DNA from: Basidiobolus meristosporus CBS 931.73
Lineage: Eukaryota > Fungi > Basidiobolomycota
NCBI GenBank assembly: GCA_002104905.1
Contig: MCFE01000122.1
Location: 62,001 to 126,000, forward strand
DNA: 64,000 nt
Direction: 5' to 3'
The position numbers were made by a program, and so were the translations under genes. Positions 38,295 to 53,000 of this stretch are shown in pieces. Within the stretch, counting starts at the first letter, position 1, and the number at the start of each line of letters is the position of its first letter. Under the pieces are notes generated by a model that worked only from the letters and a program-made list of their open reading frames with translations, did not search any database and was not told the origin of the DNA.

Positions 38295-41200
38295 CCCTTG
38301 AAAGATAATTTGGTCCCATAAGTGCATCCAATCTATATCCACTGTCTGGATCCTATGATGAGTCTATCATAACACTGGCAGCTTAGCATTATTGGCACTC
38401 TACACAGTTTTTTGACAGGATTCTGATGGAATTTTGCTGATTTTACTGCCAAATAACGTTAAAAAATGGATGTTATTTAAGCATACTTTTGACAAGAATT
38501 GGAGATTTTGGCTCTGCTTGTAACATGCACACAAGGAAGCGGCTGTTTTCTAGCCATGGTGCCCTTGTTCTTCTGCCTTTGATTGTTTCTGCTGTTCTCA
38601 AGATACTTTTTTAGCATTCCAATGCTGGCCCAAAAACTGTTTGCCCATTTGAATCCAGGATAATAAATATGGAGCAAGTTAAGTGCATTTTGCTTGGCCT
38701 TGAGTTCCTGACAGTCCCATAGTATGCTGGCCTTAAGGTGATGGCATGCCACACTTCCAACAGCCTCTTGAATATTAGCCTACTCTTTACTAATGCACTC
38801 AACTGCATTAAAGATCTTCATGTCTTTTGATCATTAGGCTTTGATATAAGCACCACATTGTCTCCCACCCATGCTGTAATAGGTTTTTCTGTGGGCTTTA
38901 TCATTGGGCATGGCTGTTAGCTTCAAAGACTCTATGTTGTTCCTCTGTTGTTACATTGGGAAATGGATCAATTTTGGCTGTGACATTGAGCTACTTAAGT
39001 TCCTTCTTTGCAGCACAGATACTGCTTTCTCTACCTGGGATATTGATTGCTTTACACATATTTTCTGCTCATACCTTTTCAGGACTAACTTCTAATTTCT
39101 CTGGGCCAGTGCATCTATCTCATCAACCACTGTACCTAATTGCTTATCAATGCTTTGGTATGAGCTGACAACATACTTGCTAATATGGGTGGTGGTGATG
39201 TTATTATGGCCACATGCTGGCCTTCAACTGAAGGTACTGCACTTGCCACACTCTCATCTGCCTGGGCATAATGGTCAGCTTGCAGCTCCACAGAGGTTCT
39301 CAAGTGCCTACTTGACAGAGAGCCTGAGGAGTCTGCATTGTTACCTTCAGTGGGTACACTGTTAACTTGGTCTTTTTTGGATATAGACCTGCTTGTTGCA
39401 CTGAATCTCAAAGCAAGCTGTTGTCCAGCCATTCTTCTGCTGCTGTCAGCAGTAAGGTTTGGTTGGGAATCAGACAACTTTGCTTAATTCTTTGGTGGCA
39501 TACATATGGAAGTGAGTAAAGCCAAAGGGGAAATAGTGTTACATACAAGTGAGTATGTGGTAACACAACTTTGCTTATAATGCTTGTTATGGAGGGTCAT
39601 CATTGAATTTTACATTCATGTAGGTGCAATGTCTCAAATACAAGACTGTCTTAAATTCACATGAGCACAGACCAAAAAGTGACTTAACAGCATTACATTC
39701 TAAAAGGTCAAACTGTTTGCCCCATGGACAAGACTACTTTGACTTAACACTGTAAGAGAAGAGAAAAAAGACCATGTGGCTATTGTAGCAAGCCTTTCAG
39801 CCATGAAGCACACAGACAGCTTAGAAAGTATTACAAGGTCCATTGCCAGTGTTTTGCAGCACAAGTCATATTTGACCATTCATCAGTACTACTATACCAA
39901 CAATATGTTGCTGACCTGTTGATACTTTTATATTGGCACCTGGCAATCTTTGTTACCTTGCACAAAAAGAGTCTAGTGAGTTGGTGATGCCTTTAGGCTC
40001 ACCTCAGCCTTCTGATTAAAGCATGCAGATTTATATCTCACTGATAGATTGAGAGCCTATTTCCCCTAACAGCAGTATCACATATAAGCCCAGTCAAATC
40101 CCAATAGGTCATGAGACAACACCTATGGAAACAAGGACTAAGGGTACTTTATGGAGCCAAGTAAGCCCAGTGATCCATCTACTGGTGGATGATGTAATGT
40201 TGTGGCTACGGAAGTGGCACTTTACCACTAATATCCATAATGGGGGCTTCAAAGATTTACTACTACTTCTTGCCAAAATCATTCCAGGATGCAACTTACC
40301 ATGTACATGGTGCAAGTGGACAACTGCCATGTGGCTGGCATCATATGACCCAGAGACTGTCCTGATTCCAGCATGTGTTAACAGTTGCATGGCATTCACA
40401 TCCAAAAATGTCACCATTGCAATGTGACCAAATTGTCCAGAATCCACCACCATTGGGGGAAAACATTGTTCACACTCCAGATACATTCTGGTAATATGCC
40501 AACTAAAGAAGATGATGCAGTCCAACAAGTACTGTGAAGCTATACAGCACTGCACTCAGTGTCAATCAAGTGCTAACATATACAGTATATTTGATTGCAC
40601 AGATTAAAACAGCTAAGAAGTAAGGGCTACTCTGAAGGTATGTATGAACATGCATTTGCCTTGTCACTTGATGGATTCTCATTAAACAAGTACTCTACCA
40701 GCAAATCCTGCTGGCCACTGATGCTCATCAACCAGAAGCTACCACCTATCCTATGGTATCAGAGCAAAAATCTGATGGTAGTCTCACTAGTATCTGGGCC
40801 TAAATCACTGTCCAACTTGGATGGCTACCTGTATTCATTGCTGAATGAATCTTGTATGCTTTCCAGCAGTATGACAGTAAATGACCATCATGTCAAAGCA
40901 CATTTTATTATCTGCATTGGAGATACTCCAGCCATCAGCAAGAAAGTCAGCTTTACTGGGCACAATGGATGGTATTGCTGTCAGATGTGTGAGATTCCAG
41001 GTATTTACTCCATAATACATGTACATTATTATTACCCAGGCACAAACACTAAGAACATCATCTTCCTACAAAGAGAACATACAGAAGTGTGCATGCTATT
41101 GCAGCAAAGTTGTCAATCTATAAGCCATTGGCCAGAACATGGAACCAACTGGAAAACAGGGACACTTAAGATAGAGGAATTGGTTGGAGCAAAAGCTTTC

Positions 41201-42560
41201 CACTAGGAGCAATACATTTGCTTTTCAACAATATCCCTATACTGATGGCCAAGGTGTACATGAGGCATTTCAAGCTAAATTTGCCCTTCAAGATAACAGA
41301 GAAATTAGAGGGAACTGGCAAGATTTTACAAAGTATCCACTACCCTAGGTACTCCTCACTGGCTCCAATCAATATGCATAAGCATATGCAACAATACAAA
41401 TGCAAAAACTGGATGAGCTGACTATTTATTTATTCAAGTGGCATTGTGAAGCCATTCCTACTAAGTGTACAGTGGAAGCACTGGGAGTCATATGTGGACA
41501 TTTTAGGAATATTTATCCTGAAGTGGACCACCAATGCCAACTTGACACACCTACATCTGCTGTGCAAGGAGTTTGTAACAGGATTTGAGCAGCTATATTA
41601 CAAACATAAAGCTGAATGTGTAAATCTCTGCCACTACTGTACCCATTCTCTACTCCATCTTGCTTGGTGTGTGCAGAATATTGGGCCTTGCTTCACCTTT
41701 TGGGTGTTTCCTATGGAGCAGATGCATGGAGAGACAGGAAGACAAGTCAAGTTGCAGGTACTACCATATCCCAATCTCATCAATAATATGACCTTCAAGT
41801 CCATCATGAATGTGATGACTTGGTATATGGAGGACAGCCAGGAGGAGTTGGAAAATGCTGAGGACAGATGTGCACATAGAGAAAACTATGCCTATGGCAT
41901 TAAGAAGCTAAGTAGCCCCAATGCATGGGTAATCAGTTAAGTAATGCAAAGTTAGTTTGGGTGCAACAAGTAACTAATTTTTATTAGTAAGGCTGTGCCA
42001 AAGTATGCCAGGTTTCTCTTGGTCACAAGCCAGCTTCTACACCATTCAATACAGAATTCACACAAACAAGAGCCAGAGTGCACCTATAAGGAGGACTAGA
42101 ATCTAGCAGGGAGAAGGAATATATTGCTTAAATACCAAAAAGTTATTTATGGATATTCAGGAGGTATTAATGGCAGAAGTGGCAACAACCAAGCATTTGT
42201 TTGCATGATATATATGTTACCAGCAGTACTAGGTATATAGCAGCTTTGCAAGTATCACACTAAAAAGCTGCAAAGGTGAGGTGATAGAAGTATGTTAATT
42301 GTGGCAGGTGTGCACATTTGTAGAGGTTAGCAAGCAGGAGGCCATGGTTTTTTTTTGATTTGAATTCTATGGAATACTCAGGGCTGTAGTGGGTAAGCAG
42401 ATAAACAGGGGTGATTCAACAATGCAATATACAAATTGCATGAGGGGAGGTAGAACAAGGAAATACCACTTGGTTAATTGGTACTGTAGGATGGCACAGA
42501 ACTAGCTGTAGGCTGCAATACTGCCGTAATAATGCCATTGTAGACTTGCAAGGAGGCCAT
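38295..42560. mobile_element. Decayed CACTA-like copy: partner gene (minus, ~38480-39530) and transposase (plus, ~39750-41940)
   Basis: Terminus-like cccttgaaagataatttggtccc at 38295. ORFs 40595..41206 and 41446..41940 match the Tnp2 and DUF4218-like parts of 54900-57134. Confidence 0.88.
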
Positions 42561-42689
42561 CTAAACACCTTCAGGTTTTTTGTCATATAAGGCACTGGAT
42601 GTACTAGCCAGTTAGCTAACTCTTCCTTATTTGGAAGTCACTATCATTGCTGAGAAAATATTCCCTAATATGGAAATTCTGAACTCCCC

Positions 42690-43460
42690 TTTAACCTAAA
42701 GGGATGTGTTGTAGAAGTCTCTAAAGGAGTCTTTAGACCTAAAGGGGAGTCTAAAGGGGTGTCTTTAGAGTAAAGGGGCTTTTTGTAGTGGTGTCATGAT
42801 TGCATGACATCCCTGGTCTCCAATTATCTAGCCAAATCAAGTCAGCAAAGAAATCCCAGTTCTGTCTAGATAGTTCTACTACATTCTGGCAACTTCTTGA
42901 AAGCTCCAAGTCAATGATACACAATGGAACATTCTATGGAAGCTTCCCATTAGAGTTTATGTAGTCCCATGCCATATATGGTAACTACATGTCACATGAC
43001 CTAGTCACATGATCAGCTGACCCCTGACATATCTCCATGTGATATTCCAGTGTGTCCTTTAGTATATTCTATCTTGGCACACTTAATGTGCCTCACCCCA
43101 GAACCCCATTAGTATTAGCCAATATCTCTTGGCATCCATATTGCCAAAGAGTATATATAGTCCTATCCCCCCTTATGTATTTCTCAGTCTGATAAACACA
43201 GGTCTTGAATAAACAGTCTTGCCTTGGAAATCCACCTTGCCTTGTTGATCCACACCTAAGTCCTTTCCTGGTCCTGCCTTGCCTAGCTCTACTCTCCTGC
43301 CTTGTGTCTATTCACAATAAGTGGTCTCTAAAGTGGACTTTACACTAGGGGGTGCCTAAAAGGGCTTCTTTAGAGTAAAGGGGTTTCTTAAAGGGGTCTT
43401 TAGACTAAAGGGGTGTCTAAAGGGGTGTCTTAAGAGTAAAGGGGTTTCTTAGAGGGGACT
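42690..43460. repeat. Irregular G-rich tandem repeat (core TAAAGGGG, units ~12-20 bp) split by a solo LTR
   Basis: Repeated taaaggggtgtct, tttagagtaaagggg and taaaggggtttct at 42690-42791 and 43325-43460. Confidence 0.8.
42792..43319. mobile_element. Solo LTR, family L2
   Basis: 5-bp TSD AGTGG at 42787-42791 and 43320-43324. Homologous to 9733-10261. Confidence 0.9.
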
Positions 43461-44064
43461 TTTCCAACAGAGAAGTGGTAGTTTCTTGCAGAACTTAGAT
43501 TGGATTCTTGTGAGCTTTGCAGTCTCTTTACTGATATAATACCAATCAAAGTCAGAATACTCAACAGTGCAAGTAATGCAGGGGAAGTCTTGTGATCTTT
43601 AAACTTGTAATCATAGTGTGGAGATTCTGGAAAGAGAGGCTCTCGTTTTATTTTTCAGCTGGGGAAGTCGTATATATGAAAATTCTGAAGGATCAAAGTT
43701 TTTGGGCAATTGCGCAAGCCCTACACAGCAGTGCAGATCAGACATAGGTGCAGCACCTGTAAAGATTTCACGTGATTTGCTTGGCTGGTTCAAAAGTTAC
43801 ATCTGATCAAAGTCACCATAGTAATCCTAGCAATAATGTATAGTATATACAATAATTGGACTCTTTTGGTCATAACTCCTTAAGTACTGCTTCAAATGAG
43901 CTGTAATTTGAAACATGTGTTGGCTAATAGTGTTCTGTACAACATAAAATTCTTGGGTGGATTGCTTGTCAGGGTCTGGAGCATTTGTTTTTCAAAGTTG
44001 GAAACTCTTGATCTTTCACTGGTGTGTTACAATAACAAAAAGCAAAAGAAAGAAATGAGTGCAA

Positions 44065-47000
44065 TATTGGTTTAGAGATATTGTAGTAATGGAATACTTT
44101 CCATTACCACAGAGCATGTGTGCAAAGCTTGGGGCTGCTTGGACAACTTTGAGAATTTTTATCTTCTGGGTACCTGATATTTTAGTTAAAATGTTCTAAG
44201 TTATTCCCAATAAGGAATCAGGTCAGTATTCTCTAAGATTTGAATAAATGATCTTAGCAGTTAAGTAAGGTGAATATTTAGGTGGATTACAAACTTTTAC
44301 AACACTCCCACTCAACTAAATGTTCATGCTGACTAGTTCCAATTTTTTCCCAAGATATTCAAACTTGTCTCTAGCAAAGGGTTGGGTGAGTGTGTCTGCA
44401 AATATTTTGTCAATAGGACAGTAAGCTAAGCTAACTAAGTTATTCTCTATAGCTTCTTATGTGAAGTGATGTCTAATACCTAAGTGCATAGTTTTAGTAT
44501 GAAAAGCAGAATCTTTACCTAATTGTATACATCCTTGATTATCTTGAGATAAAGTAAAAGAAGTTTTGTGACATAGACCTAGGTCTCTAAAAAGCTTCCT
44601 TAACTACATCACTTTTTTTGTAGCTTTATAGGCTGCCATATATTCTGCCTCTGTGGTAGAAAGTGCTATGGTTGGTTGCTTTCATGAATTCCATGAAATT
44701 GCCACTTTACAGTAAAGGAAGGTGTATCCTGTGGTGAATCTTCTGTATTCTAAACTTGATCCCCAATCAGCATCAGGGTACCCCACTGGACCCTGTTCTG
44801 AGCTTTTTTAATTGAATCTTAAGCAGATATTGGCAGCTCCTTTTAGGTATCTAAAAATCTGTTCAACTGCTGCAATATGATCAGATCAATAGTTCTGATT
44901 GTGCCAGCTGCCAACTCCCACTGAATATGAGATATCCAGACTTGCTCCATACATGCTGCACATCAGACTGCTGACTATAGATTGATTCAGAAACTCAGGG
45001 CTTTCAGATGGTACCAAGCTCTCATGATTTGGTTAAGTTTTGAACAAGTTAAGATTTGTCTCCATTGGGGTTGCTGCTGGTTTACAGTCTTCCATTTTGT
45101 ACTTCTTTAGTATATCTTGAATAGATTTGGATTGGCTTGCGGTAATAGTCCGGGCACTTCTGTCTATGCAGAACTTAATCCCTAAGTAGTAACTGAGTTC
45201 TTCTAGATCAGACATCATGAACTCTTCAGATAGGCAGGATTTGTCTCTTCCAATGTTTCTAGGTTTTTGGCTGCTATAATAAGATCATCCACATATAGAG
45301 CTAATAGAACTGGTTTTGCTCTATCTGGCTTATAGTAAATACTATAGTCAGCATTACTCCATTTGAAACTCAAAGTTTGCAAATAGGAATCTATCTTGCA
45401 ATTCCAGGCTCTTGGTGATTGTTTGAGACCATATGGTGACTTTTTAGGCTTGCAGATCAAATGGGGGTTATCTTGGTCAACAAACCCATCAGGCTGGTCT
45501 ATATACACCTCCTCATCAAGTTTTTCATTCAGAAATGCAGCTTTTACATCCATTTGATGAATAAAAGACTTATATTTGGCTGCAATAGTCAATATTAATC
45601 TGATGGAATTAAACTTGGCTACCGGTGCAATGGTCTCAAAATAGTCAAGTCCTTTTGTTTGAGAGTATCCTTTGGCTACAAGTCTTGCTTTGTATCTTTC
45701 AATTGTACCATCAGCCGTGTATTTTGTCTTGAAGACCCATCTGCATCCAATTGATTTTTGGTCTTCCATTTGATGCCTCTTTAGTATATCTTAAATATAC
45801 TTAAGCTGACTTGGGTGATAATCTGGGTACTTCTGTCTATGAAGAACCTTATCCCTAAGTTGTAACTGAGTTCTCCCAGATTGGGCATCTTGAATTCTTT
45901 AGATAGGCTGGATTTAGTCAATTCCAATGACTCTAGGTTATTGGCGGCTATAATAAGATCACCATGTTGTAGAAGTTTGTATTTCCACCTAAATATTCAC
46001 ATAGCTTAGTCACTTTATCATTACCTTCATATCCTAGAGAATACTGACCAAATTCCTTGTTGGGATTTACTTAGAATATTTTCACCAAAATACCAGGTAC
46101 CCAGAACATGAAAATTCTCAAAGTTGTCCAAACAGCCCCAAACTTTACACATGCTCTTGGGACCTTCCTTAACCTATTCTATATGTTTGTTATGTCAAGA
46201 CCAGGTAAAAGTATAAATACTTTTACATTCAATAAATCATTAAGTGAAAACCACATGATCTACTTGTTCTCCCAATCACTTCCAATGTCTCCAAGACTCT
46301 TGAAACAGGTTATGAGCCCCAAGCTGTCACTCTCCACAATGTCTACTACTGCTATTACTGGAATTTTTCCGTATGCTGAAAAGCTGGATGGATCTAAGTA
46401 CCAAGTGTGGAAGGTGAAGATGAAGATGCTGCTACAAGAAAGAGGCCTTTGGGATATTTGTCATGGGAGAAGAACACCCTCCTAAAAATGTGGGAGAGGA
46501 AGCCTTGAAGTACCAGAAGAAAGAACAAAGTGCCTTTAACTGCATTTGCCTTAATGTTAAAGACAAATTGCTAATTCAATGCTAAAGAGCAAAAACAGCA
46601 AAGAATGCCTGGAAGGCATTAGAAGACACCTACCAGTCATGTTCAGCTGCTAGGTAAATGTATCTGAGACAAAAAATCTTTACCACAAAGATGCTGCCAG
46701 GAGAAGAAATGAAAAATCTAATTAACAGAATTACCCTGCCGGTAGATGAGATGGAATCTGTGGGTGTACCAACTACTGATGAAGATGTGACAGTTACTAT
46801 CCTGAATAGCCTGACAGACAGGTTTCAGGGCCTTGTATCAGCCCTAGAGTCCAGAACTGAAGATTTGACCTTAAATTACGTATATGGAAGGCTCCTGGAT
46901 GAAGAATTAAGAAAATCAAGCGCAAATAAGCAGGAAGAAGAAAATGCTTTAATAAGCAATGATAACCCACAAAGGAGGTACCCAAGACCCTACAAAGGCA

Positions 47001-50000
47001 ACAGCAACCTGTTTTGTAACAACTGCAAAAAGAAAGGACACACATCAGACCAGTGTCTCAGAAAAACAATAATCAGTAAAAGAAGCCTGAATATGGAAAT
47101 GCTACAACAGCTGAAGATAGACTATTCATATCTGCACTAAATATGACCACAAACAAGGATTCTCAGATATGGTATATTGACTCTGGAGCATCTCAACACT
47201 TTACACACCAAAAAGAACTTTTTACCCAATATCAAGAAATTTCAAATAAGAAGGTTTTCATGGGTGACAATAGAGCACTTGATGCAGTGGGAGAAGGAAT
47301 TATCCAAGTAAACCTAAGAAGCAGTGAAGGAAGCCATACACTGACTTTCAAAGAAGCACTCTATGTACCAGGAATAGCCAAGAACCTACTATTTGTAAGC
47401 AAGGCCACTGCAGTAGGACTCAGTTTCAGCTTTGACAATTCTGGATGCAAGATCACTAATCAAAATGGTGCCCATATTGCTTTGGGTATCAGAGATCAGA
47501 ATCTATACAAGCTGACTTACATTCCATCATATTTGGAATCCAATATAAGTAACTTAAATGATGAAACACCAACGCTTTGGTACAGGAGATTTGAGCACAT
47601 TAATTTTGATTATTTGAGCAAAATGATCAAAGATTAGCTAATTTCTGGAGTAAAATCTGATTGCTCAGCTAATTTGAAGCGCTGTGAAGTCTGCATATAT
47701 TGGAAACAAGTCAGACAATCATTCAAGAGCTCTGGGTTAATCAAAACTAAGAAAAAATTAGATCTAATTCACTCAGATCTGTGTGGACCTATGCAAGATT
47801 TATCCTTAAGCGGGATGAGGTATTTAATCACTTTTATTGATGATTATACAAGATAAACATAGGTCTACTTCATGGAGAGAAAGGAAGAAGCTCTGTCTAA
47901 GTTCAGGGAGTTTAATGCCATGGTGGAGGGAGAAACTGGTGAAAAAATCAAGAAAATATGCTCACAATGGCGGAGAATATACCTCAAAACTCTTCATCCA
48001 CTGCTGCAAAATTCATGGGATAAAGTACGAGACTACCGTACCATACTCCCCACAGCAAAATGGAGTAGCAGAGCGTGCTAATAGATCAATAATTGATATG
48101 GCAAGATATATGATCCATGATCAAAAATTGTCCTATGATTTTTGGGCAGAATCAGTTGCAACTGCTGTATATCTTAAAAATAGGAGTTATAACAGAATAC
48201 TTTGTGATTCTACTCCACTTGAAGCATGGTATGGATACAGACCAAGTGCAGAACATCTAAGAATATTTGGGTGTACAGCACATGCCAAGAAACTGCCCGG
48301 AAATCAGTCAAAATTTGAGCCAAAAAGTGTAAAATCCATATTTTTGAGCTACTGCAATGAGAGTAAAGCATACAGACTCTGACAATACCAAAGCAAAGAA
48401 GCTAATCAAGTCCAGGGATGTGTTGTTTGATGAGAAATTAAAATTTTTGCAAAAAAGGATATCAGATGATGACAAAAATCTGATCTTAAATCCACCAATT
48501 GTTAGGATTGAATCAGAGCAAAACAATGAAAGTTTTTTCACTACAGTGTACTCTACAGCCATGGTTCAGCCAGAATCAGTGCCTAGGAATATCCCAGAAG
48601 TGATCATTTCAGTATCAAATGCCCAGAGATCCAATTGGACAAGAAATAGCCCAAATTACTATATCAATGAGGGTACAAACTTAGCCTATGCCTATTCAGT
48701 CCATATTGATGAGCTCCAGATTGTAAAAGAGGCCCTAAATAGCCCTCAGACAAAGTTTTGGAGATCTGCAATGACTGAGTAATATCAGGCCCTGATGGAA
48801 AATCAAACTTGGGACATAGTCAAATTACCAATCAACCAAAATCTATTGGATGCAGATGGGTCTTCAAGACAAAATACAAGGTTGATGGTACAATTGAAAG
48901 ATACAAAGCAAGACTTGTAGCCAAAGGATACTCTCAAACAAACGGACTTGACTATTCTGAGACCATTGCACCAGTAGCCAAGTTTAATTCCATCAGATTA
49001 ATATTGGCTATTGCAGCCAAATATAAGCCTTTTATTCATCAAATGGATATAAAAGCTGCATTTTTGAATGAAAAACTTAATGAGGAGGTGTATATGGACC
49101 AGCCTGATGGGTTTGTTGACCAAGATAACCCCCATTTGGTCTGCAAGCATAAAAAGTCACTTTATGGTCTCAAACAATCACCAAGAGTTTGGTATTGCAA
49201 GATAGATTCTTATTTGGAATCTTTGAGTTTCAAAAGGAGTAATGCTTACAATGATGTATACTATAAGCCAGATGGAGCAAATCCAGCTCTATTAGCTCTA
49301 TATGTGGATGATCTTATTATAGCAGCCAAAAACCTAGAAACATTGGAAGAGACAAAATCCAGCCTATCTAAGGAGTTCATGATGTCTGATCTAGGAGAAC
49401 TCAGTTACTACTTATGGATTAAGTTCTCCATAGACAGAAGTACCCAGACTATCACCCTAAGCCAATCCAAGTATATATTAGATATACTAAAGAATTACCA
49501 AATGGAAGACTGTAAACAGCAGCTACCCCAATGGAGACAAACCTTAACTTGGTCAAAACTCACCAAATCAAGAGAGCTTGATGCTGTCTGATAGCCCTGA
49601 CTTTCCTTATCAATCTACGATCAGCAGTCTGATGTATATCATGCTTGGACATGTCCAGATATCTCATATTCAGTGGGAGTTGTCAGCCAACATAATCAGA
49701 GCTATGGATCTGATTATATTGCAGCAGTTGAGGGGATTTTTAGATACTTAAAAGGAACTGCTGATATCTGCTTAAGATACACCTATAAGGATTCAGAACA
49801 GGATCTTGTGGGATACTCTGATGCTGATTGGGGACAAAACTTGGAAGACAGAAGATCTACCACAGGATACATCTTTCTTTACTGCAAAGGAGCAATTTCA
49901 TGGAACTCAAGAAAGCAACCAACCATAGCACTTTCTACCACAGAGGCAGAGTATATGGCAGCCTATGAAGCTACAAAAGAGGCAATGTGGCTAAGAAAGC

Positions 50001-53000
50001 TTTTCAAAGATTTAGGCCTATGTCAAAAAAAGCCTATTACTTTATTTCAAGATGATCAAGGATGTGTACAATTAGGTAGAAATCCAACTTTTCATGCTAG
50101 AACCAAGTACATAGATATTAGACATCATTTCATACATGAAGCTATAGAGAATAACTTAGTTAGCTTGGTTAACTTTCCTACAGATGAGATGATTGCAGAT
50201 ATACTTACCAAACCATTAGCTAGAGTCAAATTTGAATATCTTAGGTCAAAATTAGGACTAGTCAATATGAACATTTAGCTAAGTGGGAGTGTCGTAAAAA
50301 TTTGTATTTACACCTAAATACTCACATAACTTAGTCACTTTATCATTACATTCATATCCTAGAAAATACTGACCAAATTCCTTGTCAAGATTTACTTGAG
50401 ATATTTTCACCAAAATACCAGGTACCCAGAACATGAAAATTCTCAAAGTTGTCCAAACAGCCCCAAACTTTACACATGCTCTTGGGACCTTCCTTAACCT
50501 ATTCTATATGTTCGTTATGTCAAGACCAGGTAAAAGTATAAATACTTTTACATTCAATAAATCATTAAGTGAAAACCACATGATCTACTTGTTCTCCCAA
50601 TCACTTCCAATATCTCCAAGACTCTTACAGTACAGCAGCATATAGAGCTAATAGAACTGGACTTGCTCTATCTGACATATAGCATATACTATAGTCAGCA
50701 ATATTTCTTTTGAATCTCAAAGATTCCAAATAAGGATCTATTTTGCAATTCCAGGCTCTTGTTGATTGTTTGAGTCCATATAGTGATTTTTTGGGCTTGC
50801 AGACCAAATGGGGTTATCTTGGTCAGCAAACCCATCAGACTGGTTCATATAAATGTCCTCATCAAGTTCTCCATTCAAAAATGCAGCTTCTGCATCCATT
50901 TGATGTATAAACAACTTATATTTGGCTGCTATAGCAAGTGTGAATTGGATGGAATCAAACTTGGCTACCAGTGCAAAGGCCTCAATATAGTCAAGTCCTT
51001 TTGATTGAGAGTATTCTTTTGCCACAAATCTTGCTTTGAACCTCTCAGTTGTACCATCAGTCATGTATTTTGTCTTAGAGACCCATCTGCATCTAATTGA
51101 TTTTTGGTTGACTGTTGACTTGACCAAGTCCCAAGTTTGATTTTCCATTAAGGCCTGATATTCTTCATTCATCACAGATCTCAAAACTTTGTCTGAGTAA
51201 CTCAGGCTATTTCTTGTCCAGTGGGATCTCCATGCATTTGATATGGAAATGATCACTTCTGGGATATTTCTGGGTACTGCTCCAGGGTGAACCATTGATG
51301 TAGAGTCCTCTCAAGTGAGAATATTCTTGTTGTTTTGCTCTGATTCAATCCTGTCAATTTGTGGACTTGAGATCCAATTTTCATCATCATCTGACATCAT
51401 TTTTTGTGAATGTATTGAATTTTCAGCAAGCAGCACATCCTTGGACTTGGTCAGCTTCTTTGCTTTGGGATTGTAGAGTTTGTATGCTTTACCCTCATTG
51501 CAGTAGCCCAAAAATATGTGGTTTACACTTTTTGGCTCAAATCTTGGCTGATTTCCAGGCAGTGTCTTGGCATATGCTGACACTCAAATATACTTACATG
51601 ATCTGCATGTGGTTGGAGTAGAATAAAAAAGTATTCTTCTATAACTTCTATTTTTAAGGTAAACAGCTGTGGCAACTGATTCCACAAAAAAACCAGAGGA
51701 TAATTTCTCATAATGGGTCAGAGATCTTGACATATCAATTGTTGCTCTCATTGCACATTCTGCTACTCCATTTTGCTGTGGGGAGTATGGTAAAGTAGTA
51801 CCTTGCTTTATCCCATGAGCTTTGCAGAGGTGGATGAAGAGTTTTCAGGTATATTCTTTGCCATTTTCAGAGCATACCATCTTGATTTTTCATCGGTTTT
51901 TCTCTCCACCATGGCTTTGAGCTCCCTGAGCAAAGATAGAGCTTCATCCTTTCTGTCCCTGAAGTAGACCCATGTGTATCTTGTATAATCATCACAAATC
52001 AAACCAAATATAATATCCCACCTACGGATAACTATGCATAGGTCCACACAGATCTGAGTTAGTTTGATCTAGTTTCTTCTTAGTTTTCATTAATCTGGAG
52101 CTCTTGAACAGTTGTCTGGCTTATTGCCCATATATGCAGGCTTCACAGTGCTCCAAATAAGCTGGGGGATCAATTGCTACTCTGGAAATTAGCTGATCTT
52201 TGATCATCTTGTGCCAATGATCAAAATTGATATGTTCAAATCTCCTGTGCCAAAGCATTGGTGTTTCTTCATTCAAGCCATCATATTGGCTTCCAGATAC
52301 TATATAATATAGGTCAGCTTGTACAGATTTTGATTTCTAATGCCCAAAGCAACATGAGCACCATTTTGATCAGTGATCCTCCATTCAGAACTATCAAAGC
52401 TGAAACTGAGTCCTTCTGCTGTGGCCTTGCTTACAGACAGTGGGTTTGTGGCTATTTCAGGTACATAGAGTAGCTCTTTGAAGGTCAGTGTATAGCTTTC
52501 TTTACTGCTTCTAAGGTTTACTTGGATAGTTCCTTCTCCCACTGCATCAAGTGTTCTAATGTCACCCACAAAAACCTTCTTGATTGAAATTTCTTGATAT
52601 TGGGTAAGAAGTTCTTTTTGTTGTGTAAAGTGTGAGATGCTCCAGAGTCAGTACACCATGTCTAAGAATCCTGTTTTGTAGTCATAAATAGCTCAGATAT
52701 GAATAGTCTACCTTCAGTTGTTGCTAAGTTTCCATATTCAGGTGTTTTCTGCTGACTATCTCACTTTTCAAGCACCAGTCTGATGTGGGTCCTTTCCTTT
52801 TGCAGAAGCTGCAAAACAGGTTGGTATTATCTTTAAAAGGTCATGGGTATCTGCTTTGATGGTTTTCATTGCTTAGTAAAGCATTTTCTTCTTGCTTCTT
52901 ATTGGTGCTTGATTTTCTTAATTCTTCATCCAGGAGCCTTCCATATACACAATTTAAGGTCAAATCTTCAGTTCTGGCCTCTAGGGCTGTTACAAGGCAC

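Noticed and set aside
42690-43460. CRISPR-like or protein-coding reading of the G-rich array
   Set aside because: No unique spacers, irregular unit length, eukaryotic context, and in-frame stops in the frames tried.
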